Shown: positions 42,896 to 53,266, counted from the first letter of the stretch. The stretch is DNA of 64,000 nucleotides from Terriglobia bacterium (GCA_965198025.1 OZ240237.1:1237054-1301053), one strand, 5' to 3'. Numbers and translations are program-made. Notes: generated from the sequence alone by a model not told the origin.

Positions 42896-45094
42896 CTACA
42901 CCTTATAGAGCCGCTCCACTTCCCGGACCCCGCTCACCTTGCGCATGGCGATGACGAGCTTTTCGAGGTGTTTCTTGTCGGCGATGTCGAGCGTCAGGTC
43001 AATGTGGGCTTCACCGTTTTCTCCGATCCGGGTTTCAATGTTGCGGATGTTGGTCTTTTCAGTGATGGCCGCGGTCAGTTCCTTGAGCAGTCCGGGGCGG
43101 TCAGCCGTGCGGAGTGCAAACTGCATGGGGTAGGAATCCTCGACCGAGGCCGCCCACTCCACTTCGATCCGCCGCTCCGGCTCATAGAGCAAGTTCTGGA
43201 CGTTGGGACAGGCCCTGGAATGCACGGCGACGCCTTTGCCACGCGTGATGTAACCGACCACATCTTCACCGCGGATTGGCCCGCAGCATTTGGCGCGGTA
43301 GATGAGCAGGTCGCCGAATCCCTTGACCTGCAAGGAAGCGCCGGAGACCATCCCGAGGGCCTTCTGGACGGCCTGCGCGAGAGTGGTCGGCTTCTCGCCT
43401 TTTTCTTCCAGAACGGAATCCGGGAACAGTTTGGCCAATACCTGGCGCGGCGCCGCGCGCCCGAAGCCAACCGCCGAAAGAATATCTTCCCAAGAAGCAT
43501 AACCCGAGCTTCGCGCCGTCCGGCCCAACTGTTCCCCCGGTACCTGGTTCCAGGGAACGCCGTAGCGGCGGCTCTCTTTTTCGAGCAACTTCCGCCCCAA
43601 CTCGATCGAACTACTGCGTTCGGCAGCCTTGAGCCAGTGCTTGATCCGGTTCCTCGCGCGGGAGGACTTGACGAACGTCAACCAGTCCCGGCTCGGACGT
43701 CCGCCCTTCTGGGCGATGATTTCCACGACGTCGCCATTGCGGAGGCGATAGCGCAGCGGCGCCATCTTGCCGTTCACCTTTGCCCCCGCACAGGTCTTGC
43801 CGATCTCAGTGTGGATGGCAAATGCAAAGTCCACGGGCGTCGCGTCACGGGGCAAAACCACGACCTTTCCCATAGGGGTAAAGGTGTAGACCTCTTCCGG
43901 GTAAAGATCAATCTTCAGCGTCGAAAGGAATTCCGTGGGGTCGGACATTTCCTGTTGCCATTCCACGAGATGGCGCAGCCAGGACATGCTCTGTTCGTCG
44001 GACGAGGAATAGGAACCCTGTTCCTTGTATTTCCAGTGAGCTGCGATGCCCTCCTCTGCGGTCCGGTGCATTTCCTCAGTGCGAATCTGGACCTCGAACG
44101 GCTGGCCGTTCTTGCCGATCAGCGTGGTGTGGAGGGACTGATAGAGGTTCGGCCGGGGTATGGCGATAAAGTCCTTGATGCGGCCGGGGACCGGCGACCA
44201 GAGACCGTGAACGACACCCACCGCCGCGTAACAGTCTTGCACGGAGTGGGTGATGAGGCGGACTGCCAGCAGATCATAAACCTGATTGATCTCGTATTTC
44301 TGGCGTTGCATTTTCTGGTAGATGCTGTAGGGGCGCTTGATGCGCCATTCGACTCGCGCCGGGAGGCCGTTCTCCCGGAGCTTGGTCTCGAGGGTAAGAA
44401 CAGCGTCTTCGAGAAAATCCTCACCGAAGCGGCGCTTGGCCTCGACTTCCTCCCGAATTTCTCGGTAGGCGAGCGGATCGATATACAAAAACGCCATATC
44501 TTCGAGCTCGCCCCGGATCTTGCCCATGCCCATGCGGTGAGCCAGCGGGGCGTAAATCTCCAGAGTCTCCCGGGCGACGCGTTGCTGCTTTTCCGCAGGG
44601 AGATAGCGCAGCGTGCGCATGTTGTGGAGGCGGTCGGCCAGCTTGATGAAAATCACGCGCAGGTCGTCCACCATCGCCAGCAACATCTTCCGCATGTTCT
44701 GCGCCTGGCGTTCTTCCCGGCCGGAGATGTCGAGTTTGCTGATCTTGGTGACACCCTCCACAAGGTGAGCGACTTCATCGCCGAACTGGTTACGAATTTC
44801 GTCGAGCGTTACACCAGTGTCTTCGACCACGTCGTGCAACAGAGCCGTAACGATGGTGGGGACATCCAGGCGCAGGTCCGCCAGGATGTGCGCGACCTCA
44901 AGAGGATGTGAAAGGTAGGGCTCGCCCGACATGCGCACTTGCCGCAGGTGATAGCGCGCCGAAAAGTGGTAGGCACGGCGAGGGACTTCGAGGTCCTCGG
45001 ACGGTCGCGCCTGCGCAATCTTCTTCAGCAGGTCGCGAAAGCGCGTCAGAGTAAGAAGGTTAGTGGAAATGGATTGGCGAAACGTGCTGGCCAT
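42896..45094 (-). CDS. rel: Bifunctional (p)ppGpp synthetase/hydrolase (RelA/SpoT homologue)
   Basis: HD hydrolase motif (HPLEVAHILA...LLHDVVEDT), synthetase motif (RIKDFIAIPRPNLYQSLHTT), and TGS and C-terminal ACT regions. Confidence 0.95.
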   Translation of the reverse strand: MASTFRQSISTNLLTLTRFRDLLKKIAQARPSEDLEVPRRAYHFSARYHLRQVRMSGEPYLSHPLEVAHILADLRLDVPTIVTALLHDVVEDTGVTLDEIRNQFGDEVAHLVEGVTKISKLDISGREERQAQNMRKMLLAMVDDLRVIFIKLADRLHNMRTLRYLPAEKQQRVARETLEIYAPLAHRMGMGKIRGELEDMAFLYIDPLAYREIREEVEAKRRFGEDFLEDAVLTLETKLRENGLPARVEWRIKRPYSIYQKMQRQKYEINQVYDLLAVRLITHSVQDCYAAVGVVHGLWSPVPGRIKDFIAIPRPNLYQSLHTTLIGKNGQPFEVQIRTEEMHRTAEEGIAAHWKYKEQGSYSSSDEQSMSWLRHLVEWQQEMSDPTEFLSTLKIDLYPEEVYTFTPMGKVVVLPRDATPVDFAFAIHTEIGKTCAGAKVNGKMAPLRYRLRNGDVVEIIAQKGGRPSRDWLTFVKSSRARNRIKHWLKAAERSSSIELGRKLLEKESRRYGVPWNQVPGEQLGRTARSSGYASWEDILSAVGFGRAAPRQVLAKLFPDSVLEEKGEKPTTLAQAVQKALGMVSGASLQVKGFGDLLIYRAKCCGPIRGEDVVGYITRGKGVAVHSRACPNVQNLLYEPERRIEVEWAASVEDSYPMQFALRTADRPGLLKELTAAITEKTNIRNIETRIGENGEAHIDLTLDIADKKHLEKLVIAMRKVSGVREVERLYKV

Positions 45095-45236
45095 AACTCG
45101 CGTCCGGGGTTGGCAGGTACTCTAAGTTCCGAAGCGTTCCCGCCAGAAAACGAAGAACCCTGGAAAGATTATCCCACAATCTCTCCAGGGTCCCCTAAGA
45201 GTGGTTCAGCAGTTCGACGGAAAAGAGATTCTTCTC

Positions 45237-46052
45237 TTACCCGCCCAGGCCGGGGTTCTGATCTTCCAGAGCGCGTTCTGCCCGAATCCTCTTGATCTCA
45301 ACGGCCCTGTCGATCCAAGAATCAGCGGTCGAAAGGAGTTCCTCGCGTTCCTCCTCGGTCGCCACCAGATCCGCCTTTTCGCGATAGAGGAGATTCAGGT
45401 ATGCCATGGCATCATCGTACTCTTCCCGAAGCTCTATAGCCCTGTTGAGCATCTCCATGCCTTCTTCGATCAAGGGCAGGCTACGCTCGGCCAGTTCCAC
45501 GCGCTCGTCGTCGAGGTGAATCGGCGCATCCGGGGTAATGCCCAGAGACGTCTTCAAGTCCATGCGGGGCTGGTAAGTCATCGTCCAGTCGATCACACCG
45601 ATCGAGTAATACGGCTCCGGACTCTCCGCATCCAACTGGATCTGCTGCAGGTAGTATTCTTTCGCCCTCCCCATATCCTTCATCTGGAAGTACATGCTGG
45701 CGATTCCGCTGATGCTCCCGATATTGCCCGGGTCCATCTGGAGAACCCTCTCGAACTCCGCAATGGCTCGCTCGGCAACCTCCTGGTTTTCGGGGGTGTC
45801 CATGCCAGGCACGAATTGCGTGGCGTAAGACGTAGCCAAGTACTGGCGTGCGATGATATGTTCCGGATCAGCTTCGGTAGCGGCCTCGAAGTGCTGGGCC
45901 GCGAGCGAATAATTCTGGGCTCTATAGGCTGTGATCCCTTTGTTGAGCTCGTCCCGCGCCGTGAACCACTGGCAGCCAAACGACCCAACCAGCAAGGATG
46001 TCAGGAGCAGCAAGCCTCCCGACGTTCTTCTTCGTGGTGAGTGCATCTTCAT
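45237..46052 (-). CDS. TPR-repeat lipoprotein at the end of the tonB-exbBD operon
   Basis: Lipobox LLVGSFGC. Repeated TPR-like helices (YSLAAQHFEAATEADPEH, AIAEFERVLQMDPGN, GRAKEYYLQQIQLDAESPE). Confidence 0.7.
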   Translation of the reverse strand: MKMHSPRRRTSGGLLLLTSLLVGSFGCQWFTARDELNKGITAYRAQNYSLAAQHFEAATEADPEHIIARQYLATSYATQFVPGMDTPENQEVAERAIAEFERVLQMDPGNIGSISGIASMYFQMKDMGRAKEYYLQQIQLDAESPEPYYSIGVIDWTMTYQPRMDLKTSLGITPDAPIHLDDERVELAERSLPLIEEGMEMLNRAIELREEYDDAMAYLNLLYREKADLVATEEEREELLSTADSWIDRAVEIKRIRAERALEDQNPGLGG

Positions 46053-46124
46053 CTATCCCCCCACAACAATCTGAGTGTTTCCGGCCTTGCCACGAGGCCG
46101 ACAAGCATACCGGCCTAGACCGGT

Positions 46125-46556
46125 TTATTGACCTGCTTCAATGTTTGCGGTAATCAGCCCGATCTTGTCGATCTGGGCTCCCTTGGCAATGTCAATCACC
46201 TCGGCGACCTCCGCAAACAGGACCTCCGGATCGCCTCGGACGAACATGGTCCGGTCGGCCCGCGTTCGGAAGATATCCGTAAGTCTAGACCCGAGTTCGG
46301 GCTTGGTAACCGGGTCCTGATTGATCATCAACTGACCACCCTCGTTAACGGAGACCACCACCGTGCGGACGTCAATTTCCTGTTGCTGTTGCTCTTCCTC
46401 GTCCGGGTTGGGTTGGGGGACGAGAGCGTCGAGCCCCTTGGGAACCAACGGCGTGATGACCATAAAAATGATCAGCAGCACGAGCAGAATGTCAATCAGT
46501 GGGACGATATTGGGTTCCGATTTCGCCCCTTTGTTGCCTCCTACCGACATTCCCAT
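46125..46556 (-). CDS. exbD: ExbD/TolR family biopolymer transport protein
   Basis: N-terminal EPNIVPLIDILLVLLIIFMV TM motif and a periplasmic domain. Confidence 0.85.
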   Translation of the reverse strand: MGMSVGGNKGAKSEPNIVPLIDILLVLLIIFMVITPLVPKGLDALVPQPNPDEEEQQQQEIDVRTVVVSVNEGGQLMINQDPVTKPELGSRLTDIFRTRADRTMFVRGDPEVLFAEVAEVIDIAKGAQIDKIGLITANIEAGQ

Positions 46557-46642
46557 AACACTATCTCCTGTTCTTCAGGCAGAGCACGTGCCTGCAAATA
46601 TCCCCCGAAGTCCGGGGAGGTGAATTGATCCAAAGCTCCAGG

Positions 46643-47095
46643 CTATAAGCCAGTCGCGGCGGCAGCGGCCGCCTGCTGGCCCTGCTCCTCCACGCGTTCA
46701 GTAATGAGCCCGACCTGGTCAACTCCGGCGGAGCGGACTTCGTCCACCACGGCGACGACCCGCTCGTACCTGGTACGGGCGTCGCTCTTGATGTACACCG
46801 TCTTGTCCGCTTTGGCGGCAACGCGCTCCTGGACCTGCCCCACCAAGTTGTCGGTGACGAGATCGGCTCCGAGAAAGGTATTGCCGTCCCGGGTGATGGC
46901 TACGACGACGGCATCTTCCCGGTCAGCGTCGGGCATGTTGCGCGGGTTCTCCGTACGCACCAAGTCGACGCTGACGCCCTTTTGGAGCATCGGGGTGACC
47001 ACCATGAAGATGATCAACAACACCAACATGATGTCAGCCATCGGCACCACGTTGGGTTCCGAGTTCACATCGGTCAGTACCTTCTTATAAGGCAT
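46643..47095 (-). CDS. exbD: ExbD/TolR family biopolymer transport protein (second copy)
   Basis: EPNVVPMADIMLVLLIIFMVVTP motif. Its start overlaps the stop of exbB. Confidence 0.85.
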   Translation of the reverse strand: MPYKKVLTDVNSEPNVVPMADIMLVLLIIFMVVTPMLQKGVSVDLVRTENPRNMPDADREDAVVVAITRDGNTFLGADLVTDNLVGQVQERVAAKADKTVYIKSDARTRYERVVAVVDEVRSAGVDQVGLITERVEEQGQQAAAAAATGL

Positions 47096-47823
47096 TACTT
47101 GCGCCCCCTCGCTGCGACCTGTTTAATGAAATAATCAACCAGCTCAGAAGAGGAATTGTCCATCTCAACGTCACACGACTCCACCTTATTGGTGAAATAG
47201 TTGTATGCCCAGACAGCCGGGATGGCCACGAACAAGCCTAGGGCTGTGGCTACAAGCGCCTCGGAAATTCCGCCAGCGACCGCGGCGAGCCCGGTGGCCT
47301 GCTGCTCGGAGATGCCCTTGAAGGCGTTGATGATGCCAACCACGGTCCCGAACAAGCCCACGAACGGAGCAGTCGACCCGATGGTGGCCAATCCGCTCAA
47401 CCCGCGCTTCAGCTCGGCGTGGACAATGGCGGAAGCCCGCTCCAGGGAGCGCTTGGAGGACTCGATTTCCTCGCCCGAGAGTTCCGCGCTTGCCTGATGC
47501 GCCTGATATTCCTGTAGACCGGCCGTCACAACCTTTGCGAGGTGGGACTTTTTATGACGCTGGGCAACCCGGACGGCTTCATCCAATTTGCCCTCGCGCA
47601 GTGCTCCGGCGACCAGAGGCGCAAAAGTGTGGGACTGCTTTCTAGCGGCCGAAAACGCGAGGTAGCGGTCAATCATGACGCCGGCCGACCACGCCGACAT
47701 CAAGAACAGGATGACAACCACCGCTTTCGCTGCGAATCCCATCTGTCTCCACATCGAGAGCACGTCCCAGCCTATTGCTGCTTCCTGCAACAACCACATT
47801 CCATACAAGTAAACGTTTGCCAT
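47095..47823 (-). CDS. exbB: MotA/TolQ/ExbB proton-channel protein
   Basis: Three TM helices with the conserved GSTAPFVGLFGTVVGIINAF segment. Confidence 0.9.
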   Translation of the reverse strand: MANVYLYGMWLLQEAAIGWDVLSMWRQMGFAAKAVVVILFLMSAWSAGVMIDRYLAFSAARKQSHTFAPLVAGALREGKLDEAVRVAQRHKKSHLAKVVTAGLQEYQAHQASAELSGEEIESSKRSLERASAIVHAELKRGLSGLATIGSTAPFVGLFGTVVGIINAFKGISEQQATGLAAVAGGISEALVATALGLFVAIPAVWAYNYFTNKVESCDVEMDNSSSELVDYFIKQVAARGRK

Positions 47824-47895
47824 GTTCTCCCCTTTTCTCGTGTTCTGAAGCTGGAGCTTCAGTTTCTCAAAAAATTCAAACCCAAGCGGAAGCTG

Positions 47896-48654
47896 TTACC
47901 CGCCAAGAGTAAAGTTCACGTCGATGGTCGTAATCACTTCGACAGCGACGCCGTTCAACATAGTTGGTTGATAGCGCCACTGCTGCACAGCCTGGAGGGC
48001 GGCCTGTACCAGCAGCGGATGGCCGCTGATGACCTGCAATTCTTCGATAACTCCATCGCGGTTAATGACGGCTTCCAGGCGCACCGTGCCCTGGACTCTG
48101 GCCTGCCGCGCCAGCGGAGGATACTGGGGCCGGGCCTGGTTAACCAGGCGCGCTGACTGAACCTGTCCTCCGACTCGGACACGCTCTGGCGGCGGTGGCG
48201 GCGGTGGCGGTGGTGGCGGTGGTGGTGGCGGCGGCGGGGGCGGCGGCGCGGCATCGAGTATGCCGCCAAGAAGTCCATCTGCTGCTCCCCCGGGAATCCC
48301 GGTACCTCCGATCACGCCTCCCACAGGTCCCGGCGGCGGAAGAGGATCCTCAACAATCCGCGCCACTTCCCTTGGGATTGCGGTGGGCTGCACCATCTCC
48401 TGCGGTTGTTGGAAGACCCGCGGCTGCACCCGAACTTGTTGCACCGGGGCCGGCGGCGGCGGCGGTGGTGGCGGCGGCGGCGGCGCCATCAACATGGTCA
48501 ACATCTGCGTCGCAGGCAGCGCCTCCGTATAGATCAAGGGAATCAGGATCATTACCGTCAGAATTACAGACTGCACGACGAAGGAAACGGCAACCGTCCA
48601 CCCCTTCTTGGTTTTTCCTCGGCCTCCCTGTTCCAGCAAGCTATCTTCAAACAT
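47896..48654 (-). CDS. tonB: TonB-family energy transducer with two long poly-proline tracts
   Basis: N-terminal anchor, poly-Pro linkers, and a C-terminal TonB domain (RPQYPPLARQARVQGTVRLEAVINRDGVIEELQVISGHPLL...WRYQPTMLNG). Confidence 0.85.
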   Translation of the reverse strand: MFEDSLLEQGGRGKTKKGWTVAVSFVVQSVILTVMILIPLIYTEALPATQMLTMLMAPPPPPPPPPPPAPVQQVRVQPRVFQQPQEMVQPTAIPREVARIVEDPLPPPGPVGGVIGGTGIPGGAADGLLGGILDAAPPPPPPPPPPPPPPPPPPPPERVRVGGQVQSARLVNQARPQYPPLARQARVQGTVRLEAVINRDGVIEELQVISGHPLLVQAALQAVQQWRYQPTMLNGVAVEVITTIDVNFTLGG

Positions 48655-48680
48655 GACTATGCCCCCACTGATTTCTGGAA

Positions 48681-48712
48681 AACGGAAGGTACCCCTTCAA
48701 ACTGCTTCCGTT
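48681..48712 (-). terminator. Possible intrinsic terminator after secF
   Basis: On the minus strand: AACGGAAG, 16-nt loop, CTTCCGTT, followed by TTCC (four U in a row). The loop is long, so confidence is weak. Confidence 0.3.
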
Positions 48713-48845
48713 CCTGATCCTGCCCGGTAGCATTATGCTATCCCCGGTCCATTTGAATTGCAATATCTTAATTCGCAAATTTTTAGCCAGGGCCTATGGT
48801 AGCGCTCCGCTGCATTTCTGGCAAGCTGGTTTCCCCGCTCCCGGC

Positions 48846-50060
48846 TCAGGCTTTGGCCCCCACTCGAACCTTTTCGCGCTTCACCTTGGGGAGTTCCCGG
48901 CCAGCCCGTGCGAGAACTCCGCCGCGGCGGTTGCGCTGCTTGTACTCCTGCCAACTGACGACCAAGGGACTGGCGACCCCGACCGAAGAATAGGTGCCCA
49001 CGATAATGCCCACGACGAGCGTGAACGCAAAACCGTTCAGCACCTCGCCTCCAAACAGGAAGAGGGACAGAACGGTTAGAAAAGCGAGACCGCTGGTTAG
49101 GACGGTCCGGCTCAGCGTCTGATTGATGCTCATGTTGGCGACATGGGAAAACTTTTCCCGCCGCATCAGGCGGACGTTTTCCCGGATGCGGTCGAACACG
49201 ACAATGGTGTCGTTGACGGAAAATCCCACCAGCGTGAGCAGCGAGGCAATGATCGTCAGGCTGATCTCCCGTTCGAACAGGGAGAGGAACCCCACGGTGA
49301 TGACGACATCGTGCAGGACGGCGAGGACGGCGGCGAGACCATAAATCCATTCGAAGCGGAACGCAATATAGACCAGCATGCTGCCGAGGCCGAGCAGCGT
49401 GGCCAGCAAGGCCTGCCGCCGTAGGGTAGCGCCCACCTTCGGCCCAACCAGTTCGACATTGCGGACCACGAAGTCGGGCAGCGAGTAGCCGTCTTCAAAG
49501 GCCTGAGTGATTTGCGGCGTGACGCCCTCCACCTGGTTCAGATCGGAAAACTGCTCGATCAGCCCGCTGCGCGGCGGGGCATCGCGGAAAGCAACCACGC
49601 GCTCTGCAGCGGTTCGCGCCAGCCCGGCTTCGATCCCGGCTGTGACTAGATAGTCGGCTAAGCTGGCGGTGCCGGCCTCATGCCAACTGGGCTTGTCGCT
49701 GGCGCCGAATTCCTCCGCGAGCGCGCTGACAATCGCCTCGCGCCCGGCGTCCAGGTTGGTTTCGCTATCGGCGCTCAAATCCAGCCCGATCAGGATCTCG
49801 TTGTCGGCAGCGGCTCCGAACTGCTGCAAGGTGACCTCCCCCAGGCCACGTGCGCCCAATGCGTCGCGAATGCGGTCGAGCGGCGGCGCATTCCGGAACT
49901 TTACATCCACCATCGTGCCGCCCCGGAAGTCAATTCCGTAACGCGGGCCTCCTTTGGCCAGCAGGGAGGCGATTCCCGCCGTGCTCAGGACAATGGAGAC
50001 AAGAATGAAATACCACTTCTTGCTGATCCAATCGATCTTTGGATTTTGAAAGAATTCCAT
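48846..50060 (-). CDS. secF: Protein translocase subunit SecF
   Basis: MEFFQNPKIDWISKKWYF start. Conserved FSVNDTIVVFDRIRE and six TM helices. Confidence 0.9.
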   Translation of the reverse strand: MEFFQNPKIDWISKKWYFILVSIVLSTAGIASLLAKGGPRYGIDFRGGTMVDVKFRNAPPLDRIRDALGARGLGEVTLQQFGAAADNEILIGLDLSADSETNLDAGREAIVSALAEEFGASDKPSWHEAGTASLADYLVTAGIEAGLARTAAERVVAFRDAPPRSGLIEQFSDLNQVEGVTPQITQAFEDGYSLPDFVVRNVELVGPKVGATLRRQALLATLLGLGSMLVYIAFRFEWIYGLAAVLAVLHDVVITVGFLSLFEREISLTIIASLLTLVGFSVNDTIVVFDRIRENVRLMRREKFSHVANMSINQTLSRTVLTSGLAFLTVLSLFLFGGEVLNGFAFTLVVGIIVGTYSSVGVASPLVVSWQEYKQRNRRGGVLARAGRELPKVKREKVRVGAKA

Positions 50061-50097
50061 GCTTCAACAAGTCGGAGGCGCGCCCTGTGCGTTCACA

Positions 50098-51717
50098 CTA
50101 GATACTCAGAGCAACGTGTCTCTGCCGACGGGACAAAATATAATCAAACATCGTACGAGATACAAATACCGCGGTGAACAGATTGGCGGCCAAGCCGATG
50201 CTCAGCGTGACCGCAAACCCCTTGACTGGCCCCGTCCCGAACAGGAACAGGAAGAAGGCGGCGATGATGGTCGTGGTGTTCGTATCAATAATGGTCAACA
50301 GCGCTTTGCCGAATCCTGAATCCACGGCGGAGACGGGCGTCTTGCCCGAGCGCAATTCTTCGCGGATTCGCTCGAACACCAATACATTGGCATCCACCGC
50401 CATACCGATGGTCAGGATGATTCCGGCAATCCCCGGGAGTGTCAAGGTGGCGCTGATGTAGCCGAGCACCGCCAGCAGGATGACGATGTTCAGCAGCAGC
50501 GCGATGACGGCGTTCACGCCGGCCATGCGGTAATAGATCAACATGACAATGACGACCGCGATAAATCCCGCCAGTGAGGCGGACAGTCCGGCCCGGATCG
50601 AATCCGCGCCGAGTGACGGGCCGACCGTGCGCTCCTCCAGGTACTGCATGGAGGCCGGAAGGGCACCGGCCCGCAGCACCAGCGACAGATCGTTGGCCCG
50701 CTGCTGGGAGAACCGGCCGGTGATACGTCCCGAATCGGTGATGCGGCTCTGGATAGTAGCGACGGACTGAATCTTACCGTCGAGGACGACGGCCAAGGCG
50801 TTCCCGATGTTCTGTTCCGTAAATTCCCCGAAGCGCCGCGCGCCGTCTGCGCCGAGCGTAAAGTCGACCTGCGGGCGGTTGTTTTCATCCCGGCCCGGGC
50901 GCGCGTTGCGCAGGTCGCGCCCTGTGATGGCAGGGACGCGCCCCACCAGGTACCACTGATTCCCTGTCACCACTGCGCCCGTATCCGGCGGCTCGACCGA
51001 CTCCATCAGCTCGGTTCCCACGGGCAAGACTCCGTTGTGCGCGGCCAGTCCCTGCTGCCTCGAAAAATAGGGGCCGCCCTGCACACGCTTGATTTCGAGC
51101 AGAGCCGTGGTCTGCATAATTTCCTTGACGCGGGCCGGATCGTCCACGCCGGGCAACTGCACCAGGATTTCAAACTCGCCCTGGCCGCGCTCCTGGATGG
51201 TGGGCTCGCTCACGCCCAGGCTGTCCACCCGGTTGCGAATGGTTTCCACGGATTGATTGAGCGTCTGCTGTTTGATTTGAGCGAGTGCCAGCGGCCGCAA
51301 ACTCAGGCGATAGGCGCCGGATTCAGTCGGCTGGTACATCCAGTTGAATTCCGTTTCGTCGATGGCCTGGCGAAACGCCGTGGTCTGGTCCACAGGGATG
51401 CCCTGCACCTCAATGCCGCCGTCTGAGTAAATGTCGGCGGCGTCGATGCGGGTGAGGGCTGCGTAGGGAATCTGGCGTGCCTGCAAGGTGGTCCGCAGCC
51501 GTTCAATAGTCTGGTCCGCTTCGGCGTTGATGGCGTCATGGACGTTGACTTGCAGCACGAGGTGGGTTCCGCCCTGCAGGTCGAGACCCAGCCGAATGCG
51601 ATCTTCCGCATTCTGGCGCATTTCGGTTGCCGAGGTGGGCAGGCCAATCACGCCCACGATGCTCGCCAGCACCACCGCAGCGATCAAGATCGCCCTGTTA
51701 CGCAAGTTCTTGGACAT
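50098..51717 (-). CDS. secD: Protein translocase subunit SecD
   Basis: LGLDLQGGTHLVLQV, large periplasmic domain, and GMAVDANVLVFERIREE in the TM bundle. Confidence 0.9.
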   Translation of the reverse strand: MSKNLRNRAILIAAVVLASIVGVIGLPTSATEMRQNAEDRIRLGLDLQGGTHLVLQVNVHDAINAEADQTIERLRTTLQARQIPYAALTRIDAADIYSDGGIEVQGIPVDQTTAFRQAIDETEFNWMYQPTESGAYRLSLRPLALAQIKQQTLNQSVETIRNRVDSLGVSEPTIQERGQGEFEILVQLPGVDDPARVKEIMQTTALLEIKRVQGGPYFSRQQGLAAHNGVLPVGTELMESVEPPDTGAVVTGNQWYLVGRVPAITGRDLRNARPGRDENNRPQVDFTLGADGARRFGEFTEQNIGNALAVVLDGKIQSVATIQSRITDSGRITGRFSQQRANDLSLVLRAGALPASMQYLEERTVGPSLGADSIRAGLSASLAGFIAVVIVMLIYYRMAGVNAVIALLLNIVILLAVLGYISATLTLPGIAGIILTIGMAVDANVLVFERIREELRSGKTPVSAVDSGFGKALLTIIDTNTTTIIAAFFLFLFGTGPVKGFAVTLSIGLAANLFTAVFVSRTMFDYILSRRQRHVALSI

Positions 51718-51720
51718 ACC

Positions 51721-52089
51721 CTACTTCGCCTCCTCTTCGGGTCGCTCCACCCCTTCGACTGCGCTCCGCGATACCTCTAGTCTGACCTGTTCGGGTGGAA
51801 TCCGCAAGATGATTGCGTCCTCCTTTTCGCGTAAGCCGACGATGGTCCCGCGGATGCCGCCGCGCGTGATCACACGGTCGCCGTTCTTGAGGTCGGCCAA
51901 CATCTGCCGATGCCGCTGCTGCTGCTTCTGCTGGGGTCGGAACACGATAAAGTAGAAGACCAAGCCGATGCTCACAAACGTGAACAGCAGGCCGGTGAGG
52001 CTGCCACCGCCTTGCGCTTGGAGTAAGAAAAAGGCTACGTTCAATTTCGGCGCACGCTCTCTTCTACTGGCTGCTGGGCCGCCAAACAC
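51721..52089 (-). CDS. yajC: Preprotein translocase subunit YajC
   Basis: Single TM helix followed by FRPQQKQQQRHRQMLADLKNGDRVITRGGIRGTIVGL. The start codon is uncertain and the N-terminal ~20 aa may not be translated. Confidence 0.8.
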   Translation of the reverse strand: MFGGPAASRRERAPKLNVAFFLLQAQGGGSLTGLLFTFVSIGLVFYFIVFRPQQKQQQRHRQMLADLKNGDRVITRGGIRGTIVGLREKEDAIILRIPPEQVRLEVSRSAVEGVERPEEEAK

Positions 52090-52111
52090 AAGCTTTCGCT
52101 CCGGCTATCGC

Positions 52112-53266
52112 CTATGGTACCTCCCCTTGCAACCGTGAGCGGAAGTCGTCCGAGAAACGGGAAAAGTCACCAGCGGCGATAGTCTGCCGAATCCGCCGCA
52201 TAGTGTCAAGATAAAAGTAAATGTTGTGCGCGGTGTTGAGCGTCTTGCCCAGCATTTCACCAGCGATGAACAGGTGCCGCAGATAAGCCCGCGAATAACG
52301 GCGACAGGCGGGGCAGCCGCATGACTCATCCACCGGGCGCGGGTCGCGAGCGTAGCGCGTCTGCCGGATGTGCATCCTGCCTTGCGAGGTGAACAACAGC
52401 CCGTTTCGCCCGTTGCGTGTCGGCAGCACGCAGTCCATCATGTCCACACCCAGCGCCACGTAAAGGGGCAACTCTTCGGGGAGCCCGACGCCCATCACGT
52501 AGCGGGGTTTGTCTTGCGGGAGATACTGTTCGGCCGCCGCGACCATCTCGAAGGTCAATGGCCGCGCCTCGCCTACCGAGAGACCGCCGATGGCGTAGCC
52601 AGGGAATTCCATTTCAACCAGCTGCCGCGCGCATTCGCTCCGCAGGTCCGCTTGGGTTCCGCCCTGCACGATTCCGAATAGAGCGCCCTGATGAATTGCA
52701 TCGATTCGACCATTGCCTTCCGCCAGCGTCTTCCAGGTCCGCTGCGACTGGGCCGCCCAGGCAGTGGTCCGGCTCATGGCTTTCTGCGCGGTCACGGCGC
52801 TGGCTGGGAACTCAGTGCACTCATCGAGCGGCATCACGATGTCCGAGCCGAAGCTGGCCTGAATCTCGACTGCGCGCGCGGGCGTCAGCATGTGCAGCGA
52901 GCCGTCGAGGTGCGACCGAAAGCGCACGCCGTCGTCGGTGATGTCGCGCAGTGCCGCCAGGCTGAACACCTGGTATCCCCCACTGTCCGTAAGGATGGGC
53001 CGCTCCCAGGACATGAACCGGTGCAGCCCGCCCATCTCGCGGATCACCTGCTCGCCTGGACGCAGATATAGATGATAGGTATTGGCCAGAACGATCTGCG
53101 CGCCCAGGTCTTCGAGCGCTTCCTGCGTCAACCCTTTCACCGTCCCTAACGTCCCGATCGGCATGAACACCGGCGTCTCGACCTCGCCATGCGCCGTTCG
53201 CAGAACGCCGGTGCGCGCCTTGGTTCCGTGATCCCGGTGGGTGACAGTGAATTCGAAGGATGGCAT
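52112..53266 (-). CDS. tgt: Queuine tRNA-ribosyltransferase
   Basis: MPSFEFTVT...RTGVLRTAHGEVETPVFMPIGT, LANTYHL, and the Zn site CGCPACRRYSRAYLRHL. The ATG at 53266 is preferred over the 93-codon longer track ORF. Confidence 0.9.
   Translation of the reverse strand: MPSFEFTVTHRDHGTKARTGVLRTAHGEVETPVFMPIGTLGTVKGLTQEALEDLGAQIVLANTYHLYLRPGEQVIREMGGLHRFMSWERPILTDSGGYQVFSLAALRDITDDGVRFRSHLDGSLHMLTPARAVEIQASFGSDIVMPLDECTEFPASAVTAQKAMSRTTAWAAQSQRTWKTLAEGNGRIDAIHQGALFGIVQGGTQADLRSECARQLVEMEFPGYAIGGLSVGEARPLTFEMVAAAEQYLPQDKPRYVMGVGLPEELPLYVALGVDMMDCVLPTRNGRNGLLFTSQGRMHIRQTRYARDPRPVDESCGCPACRRYSRAYLRHLFIAGEMLGKTLNTAHNIYFYLDTMRRIRQTIAAGDFSRFSDDFRSRLQGEVP

Noticed and set aside
38984-44911. Long alternative-strand ORFs (38984..40270, 41005..42579, 42833..44911)
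   Set aside because: Each lies antisense to a gene with strong family signatures (the beta-propeller protein, the DUF5916 protein and RelA/SpoT), so they are typical high-GC shadow ORFs.
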